Virus record (IMG/VR): IMGVR_UViG_3300017913_001944
Coordinates: 1-33,463 of that record
DNA: 33,463 bases
Reading direction: 5' to 3' (one strand)
Source: a virus
Taxonomy: Duplodnaviria > Caudoviricetes
Below, piece by piece: positions 9,018 to 17,722 of this stretch (position 1 is its first letter; each line of letters begins with the position of its first letter). The notes beneath the pieces are model-generated. The model saw only the letters and a list, made by a program, of their open reading frames with translations. It ran no database searches and was not told the DNA's origin. Position numbers and translations under genes: made by a program.

Positions 9018-10212
9018 TTCTCCCAATTGTAACTTTTGTGGGAAATCAAAAACACAAGTTAGTAAACTATTGACTGGTGAAACCAGTAATGTTCACATTT
9101 GTGATGAATGTGTACGATTGAGCTATAATGTCTTAACAGAACAAGACAAAGCATCTAAAAAGAAAATAAACTTCTCTGATCTATCACCAAAATGGATTCA
9201 TGAAAAGCTCAATGAATATGTTATAGGACAAGAGCAAGTTAAAAAAAGCATAAGTGTAGCAGTGTATAACCATTACAAGCGACTTGGCAATCATACAAGT
9301 GTAAAGTTGCAAAAAAGTAATGTTTTATTACTGGGTCCTACTGGTGTAGGCAAAACATTAATTGCACAAACATTGGCAGAAACACTAAAAGTTCCTTTTG
9401 TTATTACAGACGCTACTACTATTACTGAAAGTGGATATGCAGGAGACGATACAGAAGTATTAGTACACAAGCTATTTCAAAACAGCGATTATGATATCGA
9501 AGCTACTGAAATGGGTATTATATATGTTGATGAAATCGACAAAAAAGCCAAACGTAATGATCTGGTAAGCCTAAGCCGAGACGTTTCGGGAGAAGGTGTA
9601 CAGCAAAGCCTACTAAAGTTAATGGAAGGTACGGTGGTTAGTGTTCCAAACAAACCACAGCACAACCCTGAACGTGTTGACATAGACACAAGTAATATCA
9701 TGTTTATTGTAGGCGGTGCGTTTGTCGGTATAGATGATGTAGTCATGCAGCGCATGGGCAAAACAAAAATTGGTTTCCAGACAGGAATGAAGAATAAATA
9801 TGAATGGGAAAATTATCTAGAAACACGAGACTTGGTACAGTACGGATTGATACCTGAGTTTGTTGGTAGATTGCCCACAGTTGGAATACTTCGAGAATTG
9901 TCACAGGATGATTTAGTACGAGTAATGACAGAACCAAAGAATTCGTTGGTTGAACAGTATAAAGTTCTTTTTTCACTTGACAAAGTGGATTTAGAGTTTA
10001 CAATGGAAAGTATAAAGAAGGTCGCAGAAGTTGCAATTGATCAAGGCCTAGGAGCCAGGGGATTGAGAAAAATATTAGATGACAGTCTAATGGAAACACA
10101 ATATCAACTTCCTGATATGGTAAAAAGAGGATATAAACGGGTAACAGTGACGCCTGAAGTTATAAGTAAAATGAGAAAGCCACATATGCAAAAAGGTAAT
10201 ATCATTGAGTAA
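8998..10212 (+). CDS. clpX: ClpX AAA+ unfoldase (variant loops)
   Basis: C4 zinc domain (CNFC...CDEC), GPTGVGKT, VDEIDK, RDVSGEGVQQ, IGF loop, GARGLR. Confidence 0.96.
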   Translation: MPIEIINSPNCNFCGKSKTQVSKLLTGETSNVHICDECVRLSYNVLTEQDKASKKKINFSDLSPKWIHEKLNEYVIGQEQVKKSISVAVYNHYKRLGNHTSVKLQKSNVLLLGPTGVGKTLIAQTLAETLKVPFVITDATTITESGYAGDDTEVLVHKLFQNSDYDIEATEMGIIYVDEIDKKAKRNDLVSLSRDVSGEGVQQSLLKLMEGTVVSVPNKPQHNPERVDIDTSNIMFIVGGAFVGIDDVVMQRMGKTKIGFQTGMKNKYEWENYLETRDLVQYGLIPEFVGRLPTVGILRELSQDDLVRVMTEPKNSLVEQYKVLFSLDKVDLEFTMESIKKVAEVAIDQGLGARGLRKILDDSLMETQYQLPDMVKRGYKRVTVTPEVISKMRKPHMQKGNIIE

Positions 10213-10717
10213 GTACAAAAAAGAAGCTCGTGCTATTGCAAACAATGCTATTAGGTATGATAGCTTAAGAGTGTCTCTTCCTGATGGAGAGTCAAAAATT
10301 ATGCGCCGTCAAGATGCGCTTAATGAAGCAAGGAATCTAGAGCTTGACTTAGTTTTAATTTCAGAAACAGCAAACCCTCCAGTGTGTAAAATTGTTGACC
10401 TAAACAAATTTTTATACGAAAAGAAACAGCGTGAAAAAGAAGCAAAAAAGCGTCAGAGAGAAAACGCAGTTGAACAAAAAGAAATAAGATTAGGTATTAA
10501 TATCGAACAGCATGATTTGGAAACCAAAGTAAAGCATGCTGAAAAATTTTTAAGTAAAGGAAACATAGTAACGCTAACTGTGGTACTCAAAGGAAGAGAA
10601 CGTAGTAAACATGAACTAGCAGTTGCAATTTTAGAAAAATTTGCTAATATGCTAGATATTGAATTAGGTAAAGTTACTAGATCCGGTAATAGAGTAAGTG
10701 TAAGGATAACTCAATAA
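10205..10717 (+). CDS. infC: Translation initiation factor IF-3
   Basis: LDLVLISETANPPVCKIVD, KEIRL..NIEQHDLETK, KGRE. TTG start with AAGGT upstream. Confidence 0.93.
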   Translation: MSKYKKEARAIANNAIRYDSLRVSLPDGESKIMRRQDALNEARNLELDLVLISETANPPVCKIVDLNKFLYEKKQREKEAKKRQRENAVEQKEIRLGINIEQHDLETKVKHAEKFLSKGNIVTLTVVLKGRERSKHELAVAILEKFANMLDIELGKVTRSGNRVSVRITQ

Positions 10718-10939
10718 ATGAGTAAACATATGAAAAATACATCTGGCAGCTATGTTGAAGTTAGAAACAACAATGTTGATCAGGCAATGCGTAAACTAAA
10801 AAAGAAGCTAAACAACGATGGCGTCTTTCAAGAGCTACGTGATAGAAAGCATTTCGTGAGCAATACAGAAAAACGCCTCCGTGCAGAGGCAGCTGGCAGA
10901 GCTCGTATGAAAAAACAACAAGCCAAAAATAATTGGTAG
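10718..10939 (+). CDS. rpsU: 30S ribosomal protein bS21
   Basis: VEVRNNNVDQAMRKLKKK...ELRDRKHF..TEKR; small and basic. Confidence 0.9.
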   Translation: MSKHMKNTSGSYVEVRNNNVDQAMRKLKKKLNNDGVFQELRDRKHFVSNTEKRLRAEAAGRARMKKQQAKNNW

Positions 10940-10967
10940 ACATTTTGTACACAGTCGTGTATAAATA
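10937..10967 (+). promoter_or_regulatory. Overlapping sigma70-like and late promoters
   Basis: TAGACA-17 nt-TATAAA, with TATAAATA at 10960-10967. Confidence 0.6.
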
Positions 10968-10969
10968 AA

Positions 10970-11052
10970 TGTGCAGCAAAAATCATTTGCTTCACAAAAG
11001 GATGCCTAATGGGTCCTTAAAATTAATCTTGCTTAAAAGGAGATAAACTATG
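10970..11052 (+). promoter_or_regulatory. ROSE-like RNA thermometer (three hairpins)
   Basis: Hairpins at 10970-10996, 10998-11018 and 11026-11044. The last pairs ATCTT-G-CTT with AAGGAGAT, i.e. UUGCU opposite the SD with a bulged G. Confidence 0.65.
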
Positions 11053-11256
11053 AGCACAAAATTTATGACAAATATGTTCATTGATACCATTCAGAATGCA
11101 AAGCACGAGTGGATCAAAACTTGGATTAAAACCGACAGCATCGCAAAGCCGATGACAGAATTTGTAAATGCGCAAACACAGTTTGCAAAAGCGGTTGTAG
11201 AGACATCAGAAGATGTTGCAAATGCTACAGCTGAAGCAATGACAACTTCTAAGTAA
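11050..11256 (+). CDS. Small amphipathic helical protein (possibly phasin-like)
   Basis: AAGGAG SD; Ala/Thr-rich amphipathic helices; immediately upstream of hsp20. Confidence 0.7.
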   Translation: MSTKFMTNMFIDTIQNAKHEWIKTWIKTDSIAKPMTEFVNAQTQFAKAVVETSEDVANATAEAMTTSK

Positions 11257-11270
11257 TGGGAGGATCCAAA

Positions 11271-11699
11271 ATGAACAGACTAACCACACTTGATTTAAAT
11301 AAACTTACTCCATATGCAGTAGGTTTTGACAAAATCTTCGACGACATGTTTCGTTATGTAGATGCGAATACAAACAGTACTGGATACCCTCCATACAACA
11401 TTCGCAAAAACGAAAACAAGTTTCAGATCGAAATCGCACTAGCTGGTGTAAGCAAAGAAGATTTAGATATTACAACTGAAAACGGTCAGCTTGTAATTGA
11501 ACATAATCCAGTTGAAGTTGAAAACGATGCAACTGAATGGCTACACCGCGGTATTGCACAACGTAAGTTCCGCAGAATCTGGACACTATCAGAAGATGTA
11601 GTAGTTAACGGTGCAACAATGGAAAACGGTATGCTTTATATTGAGCTAGAGCGTATTATTCCAGAAGAGAAGAAACCACGTCAGATTGACATTAAATAA
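11271..11699 (+). CDS. hsp20: Small heat shock protein Hsp20 (IbpA-like)
   Basis: GYPPYNI, IEIALAG, LHRGIAQRKF, ENGML, IPEEKKPRQIDI. GGAGG SD before ATG 11271. Confidence 0.95.
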   Translation: MNRLTTLDLNKLTPYAVGFDKIFDDMFRYVDANTNSTGYPPYNIRKNENKFQIEIALAGVSKEDLDITTENGQLVIEHNPVEVENDATEWLHRGIAQRKFRRIWTLSEDVVVNGATMENGMLYIELERIIPEEKKPRQIDIK

Positions 11700-11709
11700 A
11701 AACAACAAC

Positions 11710-11735
11710 GTGTGGTAGGTATAACCCTACCACAC
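11710..11735 (+). terminator. Strong hairpin between hsp20 and clpS (terminator or mRNA stabiliser)
   Basis: GTGTGGTAGG-6 nt-CCTACCACAC perfect 10-bp stem; no U-tract on the + strand. Confidence 0.5.
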
Positions 11736-11756
11736 AACTTACAAAAAGAGAGTAAA

Positions 11757-12059
11757 ATGGCAGGATCAGCAGTTCAAGAGTCACCAGGTGTAGTAAAACT
11801 TGCCGCACCAAACAAATATAATATTGTTATGTTAAATGACGATGTTACTCCAATGGATTTCGTAATACAAATCTTGATGGTTATCTTCAAGCATGATCAG
11901 AATACAGCCAAAGATCTTATGTTGGATATTCATGAAAAAGGACGAGCAATTGTAGGATGCTACAGCTATGAAGTAGCAGAACAAAAATGTTCAGAAACAG
12001 TTACTGAAGCAGCTCGTGCAGGATATCCACTAGACGTAGTGATAGAAGAAACTGATTAA
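11757..12059 (+). CDS. clpS: N-degron adaptor ClpS
   Basis: LNDDVTPMDFV, IHEKG, AEQK, GYPL. Start refined to ATG 11757. Confidence 0.93.
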   Translation: MAGSAVQESPGVVKLAAPNKYNIVMLNDDVTPMDFVIQILMVIFKHDQNTAKDLMLDIHEKGRAIVGCYSYEVAEQKCSETVTEAARAGYPLDVVIEETD

Positions 12060-12062
12060 AAA

Positions 12063-12629
12063 ATGAAAATAGCGATCACGCAACGTGTGATTGACTTCCG
12101 CAACGGACCATATGACAGCTTGGATCACGGATTCTATCCGATGTTTCAAGATCATCAGTTATTTCCAATACCAAATAACCTAGAACATTTTGATACATCT
12201 ATGATTTCACAAGCAGACTTGATTGTGTTTACAGGTGGTAACAGTATGTTTTCAGACAATTGGCAATATAACGCAGAACGTTTGCGAGTAGAAAAACACA
12301 TATTAGATCATGCAAAACTTCAAGATAAAAGAATATTAGGTATCAGTAGGGGATGTCAATTCCTTACTGTAACTCTTGGCGGCTCGTTGTTAAAAAGTGA
12401 TAGACACGACAAAGATCATAATGTATATTATGATGGATCAAAGGTCAATGTAAGAAGCAGACACGAGGAAGTACTAAACACAATACCTCCAGGTGCAGAT
12501 ATACTGGCAACTGACGAAGATGGTTACTGTGAAAGTTGGAAGCTGCACAATATGGTAACGGTATTGTGGCATCCTGAAAGAATGAAAAACTTTTGGATGC
12601 CAAAAGAAGCATGGGATTTATTTAGATGA
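12063..12629 (+). CDS. Class I glutamine amidotransferase / peptidase C26-like protein with nucleophile Cys replaced by Ser
   Basis: FTGG, LGISRGCQ (usually LGICRGxQ), WHPE. Confidence 0.8.
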   Translation: MKIAITQRVIDFRNGPYDSLDHGFYPMFQDHQLFPIPNNLEHFDTSMISQADLIVFTGGNSMFSDNWQYNAERLRVEKHILDHAKLQDKRILGISRGCQFLTVTLGGSLLKSDRHDKDHNVYYDGSKVNVRSRHEEVLNTIPPGADILATDEDGYCESWKLHNMVTVLWHPERMKNFWMPKEAWDLFR

Positions 12630-13063
12630 AAGCAAAAGTAGTAGGATTTACATGTAGTGCATTTGACTTGCTGCATGCAGGACACATACAGATGTTACGA
12701 GAAGCTCGTGAAAATTGTGATTATCTAATTTGTGGACTACAAATGGATCCTAGCCAAGATAGGGTAGATAAAAATGCTCCAATACAAAGTATTGTAGAGC
12801 GTTATACACAGCTCAAAGCAGTCAAATATGTGGATGAAATCGTTCCATATAATAGTGAAAAAGATCTAGAAGATATCTTGACAATGTATCACATTGATGT
12901 TAGAATACTAGGTGAAGAATACAGAAACAAGGATTTCACTGGTAAAGATATCTGTAGGCAGCGCAGTATTAATTTATATTTTAACAAACGTGACCATCGA
13001 TTTAGTTCAACTGATCTAAGATCACGAGTAGCGGAGCGCCAACTGAATGCAAAAACGAATTAA
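12626..13063 (+). CDS. Cytidylyltransferase, TagD (glycerol-3-phosphate CT)-like
   Basis: FDLLHAGH, ER..L.AVKYVDEI, RDHRFSST. Confidence 0.88.
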   Translation: MKAKVVGFTCSAFDLLHAGHIQMLREARENCDYLICGLQMDPSQDRVDKNAPIQSIVERYTQLKAVKYVDEIVPYNSEKDLEDILTMYHIDVRILGEEYRNKDFTGKDICRQRSINLYFNKRDHRFSSTDLRSRVAERQLNAKTN

Positions 13064-13078
13064 AGATCTGGAAGATAA

Positions 13079-13615
13079 ATGACTACACATGCAATGATTG
13101 ACATTGAAACACTGGGTGCTCGTCCTGACACCGTGGTATTGACTATAGGCGGTGTTAAGTTTGATCCCAATTGGACTGACGGTTCATTTGATGAATTTTA
13201 CTATCGCCTAGAAGTGGATGATCAATTAGAGCATGGACGCAGTACTGACCAGAGTACACTTGATTGGTGGGCAAACCAAGATCCGGCTGTAATGGAAGAA
13301 GCACTGGGTGATGGAAATCGTACACCAATTGATGATGTATTAAACCAACTCAGACGTTGGTGTGTTGGAGTAGACGCAATTTGGTGTCAGGGCAGTACAT
13401 TTGATGTTCCTATACTAGAAAACCTACACAGACAATATGAACATCATGTGCCGTGGGCATTCTGGCAAATTAGAGATAGCCGTACACTGTTTCAAATTAT
13501 GCCAGAAGATCCAAAAAAGAAAATTAAATTTAATGCACACCATGCATTGGATGATTGCAAAGTACAAGCGAGTTGTGTGCAATCAAGTTTAAAACAATTA
13601 GGATTAAAAATATAA
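13079..13615 (+). CDS. DEDDh 3'-5' exonuclease (RNase AS / DexA-like)
   Basis: IDIETL, GSTFD, RDSRT, HHALDD. Confidence 0.88.
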   Translation: MTTHAMIDIETLGARPDTVVLTIGGVKFDPNWTDGSFDEFYYRLEVDDQLEHGRSTDQSTLDWWANQDPAVMEEALGDGNRTPIDDVLNQLRRWCVGVDAIWCQGSTFDVPILENLHRQYEHHVPWAFWQIRDSRTLFQIMPEDPKKKIKFNAHHALDDCKVQASCVQSSLKQLGLKI

Positions 13616-14775
13616 TGCGTATTGAAAATGAAATTCTACTAGACTATTCAGATGTTCTTATTCGTCCCAAGCGTAGTAAATTGGGTTCACGAAAGCAAGT
13701 GGACCTAGAACGTGGTTTCGACTTTCCAAATTATACACCACAAGATATGAGTATGGAAGCTATTCGCCCAGAGACAAAACACTGGCGTGGTATTCCAATT
13801 ATGGCAGCAAACATGGATGGCGTTGGTACGTTCGAAATGGCAAGTAAACTTGCTGAACAGAAAATCTTTACGTGTCTAGTAAAAACATATGAAGTCGTGG
13901 AACTCGTTAATTTCTTTGACGATCCTGAAAACACAGAACGCAACAACTATGTTGCTTACTCAATGGGGATTACAGATGCGGATCATGAGAAGTTTCGTAC
14001 AGTTTACGAGCAAGCACCTGATATCAAGTTTGTATGTATTGACGTTGCTAACGGCTACAGTGAGCGTTTTGTTGATTTCGTTGCTAAGTTTCGCAGTCTA
14101 TATACTAATGTCGTAATCATTGCGGGCAATGTAGTTACTGCGGACCAAACACAGGAGTTAATCTTAAATGGAGCAGATATTGTCAAAGTCGGTATTGGGC
14201 CTGGTAGTGTGTGTACTACTCGTATTCAAACTGGAGTGGGGTATCCTCAGCTTTCTGCCGTCATTGAGTGTGCTGATGCTGCTCATGGTCTCGGTGGTCA
14301 TATTATTGCCGACGGTGGTTGTACTTGCCCCGGTGACGTTGCTAAAGCGTTTGCTGCGGGGGCAGACTTTGTTATGTTGGGAGGAATGTTAGCCGGACAC
14401 GATGAAGGTGGTGGTGAAGTGATTACCAAACGCTATAAGACAGATGAACTTGTGCCTAATCCTATTAGTCAGACTAAATGGCAGCGCAAAATCGAAGAAA
14501 AACAGTTTGTACAGTTCTACGGTATGAGTAGTGACGCAGCAAACACAAAACATTTTGGTGGTCTAAAAGATTATCGTAGTAGTGAAGGACGTGAGGTACT
14601 TGTTCCTTATCGTGGCGCGGTTGCTAATACTGTACAAAATATTCTTGGCGGTATTCGCTCAACATGTACATATGCTGGTGCAAAACGCTTGAAACATCTT
14701 CCAAAATGCGCTACATTTGTACGTGTAAACAATCAATATAATCGGACTTATGAGTCCACAACAACAAAAATGTAA
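13615..14775 (+). CDS. guaC: GMP reductase
   Basis: [49 protein letters not shown]. Start refined to the TAATG-coupled ATG 13615. Confidence 0.96.
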   Translation: MRIENEILLDYSDVLIRPKRSKLGSRKQVDLERGFDFPNYTPQDMSMEAIRPETKHWRGIPIMAANMDGVGTFEMASKLAEQKIFTCLVKTYEVVELVNFFDDPENTERNNYVAYSMGITDADHEKFRTVYEQAPDIKFVCIDVANGYSERFVDFVAKFRSLYTNVVIIAGNVVTADQTQELILNGADIVKVGIGPGSVCTTRIQTGVGYPQLSAVIECADAAHGLGGHIIADGGCTCPGDVAKAFAAGADFVMLGGMLAGHDEGGGEVITKRYKTDELVPNPISQTKWQRKIEEKQFVQFYGMSSDAANTKHFGGLKDYRSSEGREVLVPYRGAVANTVQNILGGIRSTCTYAGAKRLKHLPKCATFVRVNNQYNRTYESTTTKM

Positions 14776-14785
14776 AGGAAATAAT

Positions 14786-14971
14786 ATGGAACTAAAAACA
14801 TGTGGATGTGGTCGTTCACCAACAGGTCGCTGTATGGGTTGGCACGGTCTTGAAGAAGCAGAATATCTAACCAAGTTAGATGAATTTGTAAAAGCAGTAT
14901 ATGAATTTCAGGGAAAGAAAATTGATGAATCAACTAAAGACGATCCTAATAGATCGAATGAAGGAGACTAA
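14786..14971 (+). CDS. CDGSH-type iron-sulfur motif mini-protein
   Basis: CGCGRSPTGRCMGWH gives a 3Cys-1His pattern; AAGGA SD. Confidence 0.7.
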   Translation: MELKTCGCGRSPTGRCMGWHGLEEAEYLTKLDEFVKAVYEFQGKKIDESTKDDPNRSNEGD

Positions 14972-15122
14972 ACTTTTCTGGAAGTTATACTTCTGGTGGG
15001 GTATTCGTCAAGCACGTAAGCGTAGACTTGCGTGGGAAGCACATCAGAAAACAATGCCACAACTTGATACAGAACAGTATTGGAAAATAGTCCACAAAAA
15101 GAAAGCGATAATGAAAGAATGA
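14925..15122 (+). CDS. Small basic hypothetical protein
   Basis: Packed ORF; start refined to MNQLK. Confidence 0.5.
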   Translation: MNQLKTILIDRMKETKLFWKLYFWWGIRQARKRRLAWEAHQKTMPQLDTEQYWKIVHKKKAIMKE

Positions 15123-15307
15123 TACGTTGGTATGATTATCCAATAGCATTTTTAGCAGCCGACTTTATGTGGGCTAACTTACAGACTGCATTATTTGGCG
15201 GACTGTTTTGGGCACCGATCGGTGCCCTTGGTGCATATTTTATATGGAAACTATGGGAAGATACTTATATTCCCTGGAGAGTTGGACAAGAATTTGATAC
15301 TAACTAA
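15119..15307 (+). CDS. Small two-TM membrane protein
   Basis: ATGA overlap; hydrophobic MIRWYDYPIAFL... Confidence 0.65.
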   Translation: MIRWYDYPIAFLAADFMWANLQTALFGGLFWAPIGALGAYFIWKLWEDTYIPWRVGQEFDTN

Positions 15308-15497
15308 ACGGCAAACCTGGTGTGTGTTGACATTTTGTTTTATTTCTGCTATGATATCTTATATGCTTATCATATACTCACAACGGTTGCCAGAGCCAGA
15401 AATAGACAAGTTCACACCTCCGATGCCGATAGTAGTAACACCATTGGATAGCCCTAATCCGTGTTGGAGTCCAGATTTTTGGAGCAAGGTAGAATGA
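15294..15497 (+). CDS. Small membrane-anchored Pro-rich protein
   Basis: Probable TTG start; TM helix then Pro-rich tail. Start uncertain. Confidence 0.45.
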   Translation: MILTKRQTWCVLTFCFISAMISYMLIIYSQRLPEPEIDKFTPPMPIVVTPLDSPNPCWSPDFWSKVE

Positions 15498-15904
15498 AAG
15501 TTAACATTGAAAAGTATACAGATGATAGCGAAGATCAAGTTGTAGAAGTACAAATTGATTCTTGGGACACTTGGAGTATGGATCATACTCTTACGTATAT
15601 TATTGTACCAATGCTCAAACAACTTAAAGAAACAAAGCATGGTGCGCCCAACGTAGACTCAAGTGATGTTCCAGTGCATCTTAGATGTAATGATGTATCG
15701 TCAAAAGCATATTGGACTGACGGGACTACAGATGAAAACTTTTTCAAGCGATGGGACTGGGTTTTGGACGAAATGATTTGGGCGTTCACCTATAAGCGTG
15801 ATAACTTTGATACGATTATGGACAAAGATCCCAAAGCAGCACAAGAGCGTATGACGAATGGGTTTAGATTGTTTGGAAAGTACTATGAAAGTTTATGGGA
15901 TTAA
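15494..15904 (+). CDS. Hypothetical phage protein
   Basis: ATGA overlap; WDTWSMDHTL, WDWVLDEMIWAF, GFRLFGKYYESLWD look like conserved motifs. Confidence 0.8.
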   Translation: MKVNIEKYTDDSEDQVVEVQIDSWDTWSMDHTLTYIIVPMLKQLKETKHGAPNVDSSDVPVHLRCNDVSSKAYWTDGTTDENFFKRWDWVLDEMIWAFTYKRDNFDTIMDKDPKAAQERMTNGFRLFGKYYESLWD

Positions 15905-15907
15905 AAA

Positions 15908-16207
15908 ATGATTGAAGAAAGCACAAAACAGTGGGTTAAAAAGCACTTGCCTGATAGCGAGCTGCATATTGAATTTACCAAAAAAGATGGCACAGTGCGT
16001 AAGATGAGATGCACGTTAGATGAACAATATGTGCCAAAAGCAACAAAAGAAGAACCATTGTCTCAAAAGAAAGTTCGCGCAGTGAATGAAGAAGTTCAGG
16101 TTGTCTGGGACCTTGATAAAGAAGCATGGCGTAGTTTTCGTTGGGATAGTGTAGTAGATGCGTTCCGTTTCCCACACGGAAATGGCGACTATGAGGCGTA
16201 TGACTGA
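15908..16207 (+). CDS. WYL_2 / Sm-like SH3 beta-barrel protein
   Basis: FTKKDGTVRKMRCTL ... VWDLDKEAWRSFRWD. Confidence 0.8.
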   Translation: MIEESTKQWVKKHLPDSELHIEFTKKDGTVRKMRCTLDEQYVPKATKEEPLSQKKVRAVNEEVQVVWDLDKEAWRSFRWDSVVDAFRFPHGNGDYEAYD

Positions 16208-16989
16208 TGCGCATTATTGCCGGTCCTTGTCAGCATGAATCTTTGGCGCAAAGTTTAGACATTGCTACAGAGTGTAAACGTGTGTGTGACAAGTATGGCA
16301 TTGACTATTACTTCAAAGCAAGTTTTGACAAAGCAAATCGTACACATGTAGATGGTAAAAGAGGAGTTGGACTAGAACAAACTCTTACTGATTTTTTGGC
16401 ACTAAAGGTTGAACTAGGTGTAAAAACTCTAACAGATGTGCATGACTATGTACAGGTAAATCGTATAGAACGAGAGTTTAAGGATGCAGTAGATGTTTAT
16501 CAAATACCTGCATTCCTGTGTCGACAAACTGACCTAATACAAACAGCATGTAAGACAGATAAAATTATAAATATTAAAAAGGGACAATTTCTGGCACCTT
16601 GGGATGTAGCAGGAATTTTAAGCAAAACAGAAGGTGCTCGGGAAGTCTGGATTACAGAGAGAGGCACGAGTTTTGGATATAACACCCTTGTTGTTGATTA
16701 CACTGGTATTGACTACATGCTCAATAATTTTAGCAATCCTATTGTGTTGGATTGTACACACGCTGCCCAAAAACCCGGAGGACAAGGGACTAGCAGTGGG
16801 GGGAATCGTGATCTTGTGCCTGGCATTGCCCGTTGCGGCTCTGCTCTGGGCGTCACAAATTTCTTCATTGAAACGCACAGAATGCCTGATAACGCACCAT
16901 CCGATGGTCCAAATATGCTTCAAATAGACGACTTTGAACGAGTTGTAAGAGACATTATCAAATATTCTTATCGTCCGGAGGAAAAATAA
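16207..16989 (+). CDS. kdsA: Kdo-8-phosphate synthase (metal-dependent type)
   Basis: AGPC, KASFDKANRT, QIPAFLCRQTDL, KKGQFL, ERG, APSDG. Confidence 0.95.
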   Translation: MRIIAGPCQHESLAQSLDIATECKRVCDKYGIDYYFKASFDKANRTHVDGKRGVGLEQTLTDFLALKVELGVKTLTDVHDYVQVNRIEREFKDAVDVYQIPAFLCRQTDLIQTACKTDKIINIKKGQFLAPWDVAGILSKTEGAREVWITERGTSFGYNTLVVDYTGIDYMLNNFSNPIVLDCTHAAQKPGGQGTSSGGNRDLVPGIARCGSALGVTNFFIETHRMPDNAPSDGPNMLQIDDFERVVRDIIKYSYRPEEK

Positions 16990-17042
16990 TGACACTTATA
17001 CTTCCTAGTGGAATAATAATTAACTGGAACAATATGGCATGA
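16989..17042 (+). CDS. 17-aa coupling mini-ORF between kdsA and kdsB
   Basis: MTLILPSGIIINWNNMA; TAATG overlap with the kdsA stop and ATGA overlap with the kdsB start. Confidence 0.45.
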   Translation: MTLILPSGIIINWNNMA

Positions 17043-17722
17043 CAAAGACTGCAATCTTTATACCTGCACGTTACCACAGCTCTAGATTTCCTGGCAAGCC
17101 ACTAACGATGCTGGGCGATAAAACTATGATTGCACGTGTGGTAGAAGGTTGTTTAAAAACTGGTCGTGATGTTTTTGTTTTAACCGATAACAAGACTATT
17201 GCTATGGCTGCGAAATCAGCCGGTGCTGAAATATATATTGATAGTGGAGATTATCAGAACGGAACTGAACGTTGTGCTGGTGCAGTTGCAAGTCGTAAGT
17301 TTACTGACTATGATCAGTTTATCAATGTGCAAGGCGATATGCCAGATGTTACAGTTGAAATGATTGAAAAAGCAGAATGGATGCTCAAGCATTATACAAC
17401 CTCAACTGTAGCAACACAAATGCTGGACGAAAGACTTAATGATCCCAACAGTGTAAAACTTGTACGAGCTGGCGATAAAGTACTGTGGTGTGGCAGAGGA
17501 ATGGCAGGCTATGGTGACTGGCATTTGGGAGTATATGGTTATAGACGTAATGCATTACAGAGTTATCCACACTTAATGATTACAAGAGAAGAAAGACAAG
17601 AGTCACTGGAACAACTGCGTTGGTTGAAAAATGGTTGGGATATGGGAGTTCTACCTGTAGATTATAATGGCATTGAAATCAACACACCAGAAGATGCGGA
17701 GAGATGGAATGAAAGCAGGTAA
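17039..17722 (+). CDS. kdsB: CMP-Kdo synthetase
   Basis: IPARYHSSRFPGKPL, GTER, NVQGD, HLGVYGY, ESLEQLR, INTPED. Confidence 0.95.
   Translation: MTKTAIFIPARYHSSRFPGKPLTMLGDKTMIARVVEGCLKTGRDVFVLTDNKTIAMAAKSAGAEIYIDSGDYQNGTERCAGAVASRKFTDYDQFINVQGDMPDVTVEMIEKAEWMLKHYTTSTVATQMLDERLNDPNSVKLVRAGDKVLWCGRGMAGYGDWHLGVYGYRRNALQSYPHLMITREERQESLEQLRWLKNGWDMGVLPVDYNGIEINTPEDAERWNESR

Noticed and set aside
11712-11756. GTG-started N-terminal extension of ClpS in the ORF track
   Set aside because: It runs through the intergenic hairpin; ATG 11757 gives a normal-length ClpS.
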